Part shown: piece by piece, positions 59,146-64,000 of the stretch
Position numbering within the stretch: the first letter of the stretch is position 1
Layout of the letters: every line of letters begins with the position of its first letter
IMG/VR virus record: IMGVR_UViG_3300029305_002203
Span: 1 to 64,000 of that record
Strand: one strand, 5' to 3'
Length of the DNA: 64,000 nt
Source of the DNA: a virus
Lineage: Duplodnaviria > Caudoviricetes
Notes under the pieces: model-generated
The model's database searches: none
What the model saw: only the letters and a program-made list of their open reading frames with translations
Told to the model about the DNA's origin: nothing
Made by a program: the position numbers and the translations under genes

Positions 59146-59865
59146 TTACATATTTAAGCCGATGATTCCAAAGATATTTAAACCGTATGTTACTGTACTG
59201 TTTCCAATACGAACAACACATTCTCCATTATATTTTCCAATATTAGCAGTAATCTCAGAATAAGAAGCAGAAGATGTATGTGTATAATTTAATACTTCAG
59301 TATCATTTATTGTTATTGTAAAATTCTCATTTGCATAAAGATAAGCATCAATCTGCAATTTTCTTATACTAGATAAATCCATTTTAAGTTCTATATATGA
59401 ATCTGAATTAACAAAATTTTTGGCAGATGATCCATTTGCATACTTACCATTTGTTAGTCTAAGACCATTGGAATATGAACCTAATGTAATATTATTCTCA
59501 CTCTCTAAGGTACAATTAGTGTATGCCCCATCACTATTACTAGATGCATTGTAATAATATAATTCACTAGGAGGTTGCAACCACCATGTTTTTTTGTCGG
59601 CATCTTCGGTTGGCTCATCACTTAAATATATCTCATCTAATGAATATTCATTGTTTAAAATATGAGTTCCTAAAATATTAATTCTTTCAGCCAACTCATT
59701 AAAAAAAGATGCTCTAGCACCTTTGTCATAATTTTCTTCGTCTAAATAATTAGTGGCTTCTGTATATTTCCCCTCATTAATCAATGCAGCATGTGTATCA
59801 ATTACATCTCTATCGTTTGCCCCCATATCACTTAATGGTTTAAATTTTAATTCTTCTATTTGCAT
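59146..59865 (-). CDS. tail fibre/adaptor protein (module A)
   Basis: N-terminus related to 59878-60207 and 45461-46420; SDEP...WWLQP. Confidence 0.55.
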   Translation of the reverse strand: MQIEELKFKPLSDMGANDRDVIDTHAALINEGKYTEATNYLDEENYDKGARASFFNELAERINILGTHILNNEYSLDEIYLSDEPTEDADKKTWWLQPPSELYYYNASSNSDGAYTNCTLESENNITLGSYSNGLRLTNGKYANGSSAKNFVNSDSYIELKMDLSSIRKLQIDAYLYANENFTITINDTEVLNYTHTSSASYSEITANIGKYNGECVVRIGNSTVTYGLNIFGIIGLNM

Positions 59866-59877
59866 ATTTCACCATCC

Positions 59878-60207
59878 TTACATGGGTTGAAACCAAGAAC
59901 CATTTTGTAATTGATCTTCCGGTTCCTCACTACTAATAATGGTAGGAGAGTAATACATACTAAACACTCCCATATTATATACTTCTTCGCTCAATCTATT
60001 AACGAAAGCACTATTTATAATGTATGGTTCTAACACAGATTTATTAGCTTCATAATACTGATAAGCACCTGAAATATCTTCCTGATCAATATATTCATAA
60101 TAAGTATCAATCATTGTTTTAACAGTATCATTCACATCTTGTTTTTCCACAAAACTAGGCAAAGATGTCGGAAAAGTGCTTCCGAAATTATGATTATAAT
60201 TTGGCAT
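59878..60207 (-). CDS. tail adaptor protein (module A)
   Basis: STFP...II.S...NRL paralogous to N-terminus of 45461-46420. Confidence 0.6.
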   Translation of the reverse strand: MPNYNHNFGSTFPTSLPSFVEKQDVNDTVKTMIDTYYEYIDQEDISGAYQYYEANKSVLEPYIINSAFVNRLSEEVYNMGVFSMYYSPTIISSEEPEDQLQNGSWFQPM

Positions 60208-60210
60208 TTA

Positions 60211-61830
60211 TTATCCCTCCTCCTTTGTTATTAAAAATAAAGGATAGAATCTCGACATTGTAATAGAAGTAGTACAAGACTCCATCTCATTAGATATGCT
60301 TTTAACTATATATTGATGAACAGTATCATCTTGTTGTTTTTGATATTCTACTTTTGTGTTTGTGTCTAAAAATGGTATCATTTTTGTTGCAATCGTTACC
60401 GTATCAAAAACAGAAGAAGATTGTTTGTTGTAATATTTTGCGTTTTCTATTGCTACTGAATCAGATAAAATATTATCCCATTCATCACCATATTTAACAT
60501 CTAACACTTCTCCAATTTTCTGTACAGCAAAAGGACTATCTGGTTCAACTCTTAATACTACATTTCTTTCATCACAATTATACTTATTAGCAAAATATGA
60601 AATAGTATATTTAGAATCATCTGCATTATTAGTCAATGCACAAAGAGCATGAGGTTGATATTGCCCTAAGTAATAAGCAACCAATTTTGTTCCTTGTTGT
60701 GCTATTTTAAATACATAAGTTTTAGCAGACTCAATTGTACCCGGCTCAATACTTTCCTCTGTAAATTCTTTGTAGATTGGCAATACATCTAATTCATTAA
60801 TTTGAAATTTCATATTTGTAATGTTAGTAGATGGTGAAACAAATCCAATATAATCTCCGACATCATATCCTTCATAATCCTCTAATGTAAGTACATAGGT
60901 ATCATTATTTGTCGTACAATCTGTACAATATCTATCCACTTCATATGATTTGCCAAAAACTTCTGTAACATTTTTAATGGTATCAATCGAATATGTTACA
61001 TTTTCGGTTGATTCAGCTAACAATATTTGTTGTAAATAATCATTATCTAAAATCACTGAATCATTTTCTCTTGAAGGAATCATATTAAAACAAAAATGTC
61101 CGTATATATCAAAATACATCTCGTAATTTGGATAGAGATTTTTAATCTCTTCGAAAATTTCTGAGATGTAAGCACCTACACTATATTCTAAATCATAAGG
61201 AAGTTGATTCCATAATGGTTGCAGCTTTCTATATTCTTCATAATTTTCATTGAATTCCGGTAATGCCTTTGGTTCTCCAACATCGCTAATGATATAATCT
61301 GTAATTCCAGCTAATTCTTTTAGAATATCTTCGGTAAGTTTCTTAATAATTACAGGATTTCCGTCTTTGTCATAATTCGGAATGTCAATAATTGGAGCAC
61401 CACCTAATTGCCCATTTCTTGTGCCATTAAAAATAGAGTACCAATCGGACAGATTAAGAGTAAGAGAGTTATCAATAGCACTATATACAGTATTAGCTTC
61501 AGTGATTAAATAATAACCACAATCAAACCATTTATAGTCATCATCTCTTAAACTATATATACCTATTTGTAATAAAAAATTATATCCAATCCAAGAAAAT
61601 AATCTTGTTTCAATAGAAAGCTCTGAATAATATGTGTCTAACAACAGTGTGAGAGAAGTGGTTCTTCTTATATCTGAATCAGGATCAACTGCATATGAAC
61701 CTATATTTGAAATACCAACTAATTCATCAATATAATTTCTATTATTGTCTAAAACAATTAATTTATATTTATAATCTACGGACGGTTGTGTTATTAAAAG
61801 TTTATCATCTTCTGTAATGAGATAATACAT
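60211..61830 (-). CDS. tail hub/Tal-like protein (DUF5048-like), module A
   Basis: SDIRRT, EMYFDIYGHF, IPFLDTN; paralog of 46432-47841. Confidence 0.65.
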   Translation of the reverse strand: MYYLITEDDKLLITQPSVDYKYKLIVLDNNRNYIDELVGISNIGSYAVDPDSDIRRTTSLTLLLDTYYSELSIETRLFSWIGYNFLLQIGIYSLRDDDYKWFDCGYYLITEANTVYSAIDNSLTLNLSDWYSIFNGTRNGQLGGAPIIDIPNYDKDGNPVIIKKLTEDILKELAGITDYIISDVGEPKALPEFNENYEEYRKLQPLWNQLPYDLEYSVGAYISEIFEEIKNLYPNYEMYFDIYGHFCFNMIPSRENDSVILDNDYLQQILLAESTENVTYSIDTIKNVTEVFGKSYEVDRYCTDCTTNNDTYVLTLEDYEGYDVGDYIGFVSPSTNITNMKFQINELDVLPIYKEFTEESIEPGTIESAKTYVFKIAQQGTKLVAYYLGQYQPHALCALTNNADDSKYTISYFANKYNCDERNVVLRVEPDSPFAVQKIGEVLDVKYGDEWDNILSDSVAIENAKYYNKQSSSVFDTVTIATKMIPFLDTNTKVEYQKQQDDTVHQYIVKSISNEMESCTTSITMSRFYPLFLITKEEG

Positions 61831-61831
61831 A

Positions 61832-62743
61832 TTACCACCAGCCCGAACCTACATTGGTTAAACCTGCGTTATACATTGTTTTCATATCATTATAATCGCC
61901 AATTTCAACCCATTCAAAGGTAATATCTCTAACATCACGATGACCACCGTGAGAATCTGTTGGCATACCAGTAACTCTTATCAACCACATCCGTCCATCA
62001 TCAATTTTAAGAATTAAAGGTTTATGTTTTGCCAATCTGTTTTTTAAATCATTTCTATATTGGAGACTTGCTGCTCTGTCTAATTCTGTATGTGTTACAT
62101 CATCCATTTTTAAAAATGTTCCCGTAATTGAACCACTATCACAGTTAACAGAAGAGTTTGACACAACATTCATATATTGATTATTAAGTAATCCTAATGA
62201 TTGATTTTGTATATTTCTCGTAGTGTTGCATCCATCTACATTATAAACAGTTCCATATATAGAATCTTTATCTGCAATATAAAATCCAGCAAATTCTGAA
62301 TATACTTCTCCAATAATATAACTATTTTCTACACCGTTCATATAAGAAGAAATGCAGTATTCGTAATTTGTTTCTGACTTTGCAAAACTATCTCTAAATG
62401 TAAAAGAAAAGTCACCTATATCATTTATCTTTTTGACAAAAATAGTATTCCAATTAATTTCTCCCTTTTCACGTCTGCGAATTGCAATATATTCTGTGAT
62501 GGTTAAATTAAAACCAGTGTTACCTGCTTCTAAACTACCTTTCGTAAAATTCGCATATGCTTGTGTATAATCAGTCCACTGGTCAGAATTTAAAACATCT
62601 GTTGTTTCATCAGAAGAAGATGAAAGATATAAGCGTCTATAAGTACCTTCGTATAATGTCATTTCGTCTATTGATTCTTTTGGTGTAGGTGGAGAAAGTA
62701 AAGAACGTTTTCCACTACAAAAAGTTGTACCTAAAAATAACAT
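61832..62743 (-). CDS. distal-tail-like protein, module A
   Basis: MLFLG, ILKIDDGRMW, WVEIGD; paralog of 47845-48735. Confidence 0.6.
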   Translation of the reverse strand: MLFLGTTFCSGKRSLLSPPTPKESIDEMTLYEGTYRRLYLSSSSDETTDVLNSDQWTDYTQAYANFTKGSLEAGNTGFNLTITEYIAIRRREKGEINWNTIFVKKINDIGDFSFTFRDSFAKSETNYEYCISSYMNGVENSYIIGEVYSEFAGFYIADKDSIYGTVYNVDGCNTTRNIQNQSLGLLNNQYMNVVSNSSVNCDSGSITGTFLKMDDVTHTELDRAASLQYRNDLKNRLAKHKPLILKIDDGRMWLIRVTGMPTDSHGGHRDVRDITFEWVEIGDYNDMKTMYNAGLTNVGSGWW

Positions 62744-62758
62744 GCTTTATTCCTCCTT

Positions 62759-63835
62759 TTATAAATCTTTATATGAAATATTGAAATAATAATAATCACC
62801 ATATCTCTTTATTTCAAAAACCATGCTTTTTCCAGAAACATAAATTTGTCCATTCTCATATGTTGCATCCGGAATTAATATATATTGATTATGGTCAGTA
62901 TTTTTAACATTAAATCTACAATAATAATCTCCACATACATCAACAATACTTAAAGAATAAGTATTATCTTTTGTGGAGAAAAACTTTTTCACAGGAAGTT
63001 TGACTGCCTCTATATATAATGCAAAATCATTTTCTACCAAAAAACCATCATTATAAGTTATACTATTGTCATCAGAAATAATTAAAGCATTATCATCTAA
63101 TGAATAATTGCCATTCTTAATTTCATATCCAATAACTTTAAGACTAACTGAAACTGTAATGTAACCATTACAATAATTATTTTCTAATTGCAAAGTTACA
63201 TTATTTGGAGGTATTGTTTCGTAATTGACATGAATTTGTATATACCCTGTGTCTAATGGCATTCCATGAACAGTTTCTCCAATCGCTCGAAAACTATAAT
63301 ACCCATCATTATTCATTTTATAAAAACTATATGTCATTGAAGTTGTAGAATAAGATGTGTTTGAAGAATTGATAAGAGCACCATTAACATCATATTGCAA
63401 AAATTGAAAACTTTTAATGGATTCATTTTCTTTTTGAGAATAGTTTAAACTTAAGGTGATATCAGAACCATTGTATTCCGAACCATCTACAATTTCATTA
63501 AATGAAAATGTTGGTGTCGAAAAACAATAGAAGAGTACAGGGTCAGATAATGAACTCTGTTTTTCAACCGTTCCAGTTTCTGATATGTATAATACTTGAA
63601 TTTGAATTAAGTATTGATTCCCCGGTTCCAAAATATCTTTATAAATAGTATATGTTGTTCCACCAATGATACGAGTTTCATCAACAACTGTTTGTCCAGT
63701 TAAATTATCCACAATGACAGCACGTATTCTATTATGTTGTTCTCCAGCATACACAAAATTTATTTCATTATTATATTTTGGATCAAATGGGATAATCGCA
63801 TTAATCATTGGAGTTGGTAACATTTTAATTGCCAT
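62759..63835 (-). CDS. Ig/FN3-like tail protein, module A
   Basis: SD.VLFYCFSTPTF, GETVHG..L.TG; paralog of 48732-49745. Confidence 0.6.
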   Translation of the reverse strand: MAIKMLPTPMINAIIPFDPKYNNEINFVYAGEQHNRIRAVIVDNLTGQTVVDETRIIGGTTYTIYKDILEPGNQYLIQIQVLYISETGTVEKQSSLSDPVLFYCFSTPTFSFNEIVDGSEYNGSDITLSLNYSQKENESIKSFQFLQYDVNGALINSSNTSYSTTSMTYSFYKMNNDGYYSFRAIGETVHGMPLDTGYIQIHVNYETIPPNNVTLQLENNYCNGYITVSVSLKVIGYEIKNGNYSLDDNALIISDDNSITYNDGFLVENDFALYIEAVKLPVKKFFSTKDNTYSLSIVDVCGDYYCRFNVKNTDHNQYILIPDATYENGQIYVSGKSMVFEIKRYGDYYYFNISYKDL

Positions 63836-63871
63836 ATTCCCTCCTTTCTAACAAATGTTTTATTCAAACAT

Positions 63872-63976
63872 CTATTCTTCATCTAATATTTTTTGAACAG
63901 CTTCTCTTAAATTTTTAGGTACATCATCAATAGTTTTAAGTCCTTTTTTAATTAAATTTGCATAGATTTTTGCCAT
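63872..63976 (-). CDS. CD1375-family small phage protein (34 aa, not in ORF track)
   Basis: MAKIYANLIKKGLKTIDDVPKNLREAVQKILDEE*; AGGAGG SD. Confidence 0.75.
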   Translation of the reverse strand: MAKIYANLIKKGLKTIDDVPKNLREAVQKILDEE

Positions 63977-64000
63977 AATTAAATTCCTCCTAATATAGAC

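Noticed and set aside
45461-63835. Diversity-generating retroelement or invertible shufflon for tail variation
   Set aside because: No reverse transcriptase, no near-identical TR/VR pair, no invertase, and both modules are in the same orientation within the window
63846-63863. Possible extra junction motif ATAAAA-CATTTG-TTAGAA before module A (and a weak one at 10739)
   Set aside because: Right arm matches too poorly to distinguish from AT-rich background
1-64000. Stop-codon reassignment
   Set aside because: Long genes are intact under the standard code; TAA, TAG and TGA are all used as stops; no suppressor tRNA

Overview
AT-rich window from a large temperate Firmicutes (probably Clostridia/Lachnospiraceae) phage with SPbeta/c-st-like organisation. 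The + arm (1-39.5 kb) carries small accessory genes, a solo TnpB, RNA-repair genes (Pnkp-like, RNA ligase), two tRNAs and a tRNA-like RNA. It also carries a full replisome (SSB-like, AAA ATPase, DnaB, primase, PD-(D/E)XK nuclease, DnaE, RecD2), a multi-TRD C5 methyltransferase, a nucleotide-metabolism cluster (ThyX, Gmk, NDT, NrdH/D/G, FTR-like, dUTPase), and Xis/Int with an apparently intact attP. The - arm (39.9-64 kb) carries a Rep/ori plus TubZ-type partition module, lysis genes and tail genes. Main observations: (1) a radical-SAM/SPASM maturase, a partner protein and a 430-aa substrate with ~86 Cys in Cx2/Cx3 spacing sit at the end of a tail-tip operon, suggesting RiPP-type modification of a virion protein; (2) there are two paralogous tail-tip modules, one headed by an apparently 5'-truncated tape measure; (3) the methyltransferase has a canonical -1 frameshift signal into an extra TRD-like module and is followed by stand-alone TRD-like mini-genes; (4) an ATAAAA-N6-TTTGAT site marks accessory gene junctions; (5) an oriented 19-bp operator/stoperator-like motif occurs 20 times. 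All assignments come from motif recognition by eye; no database searches were run.
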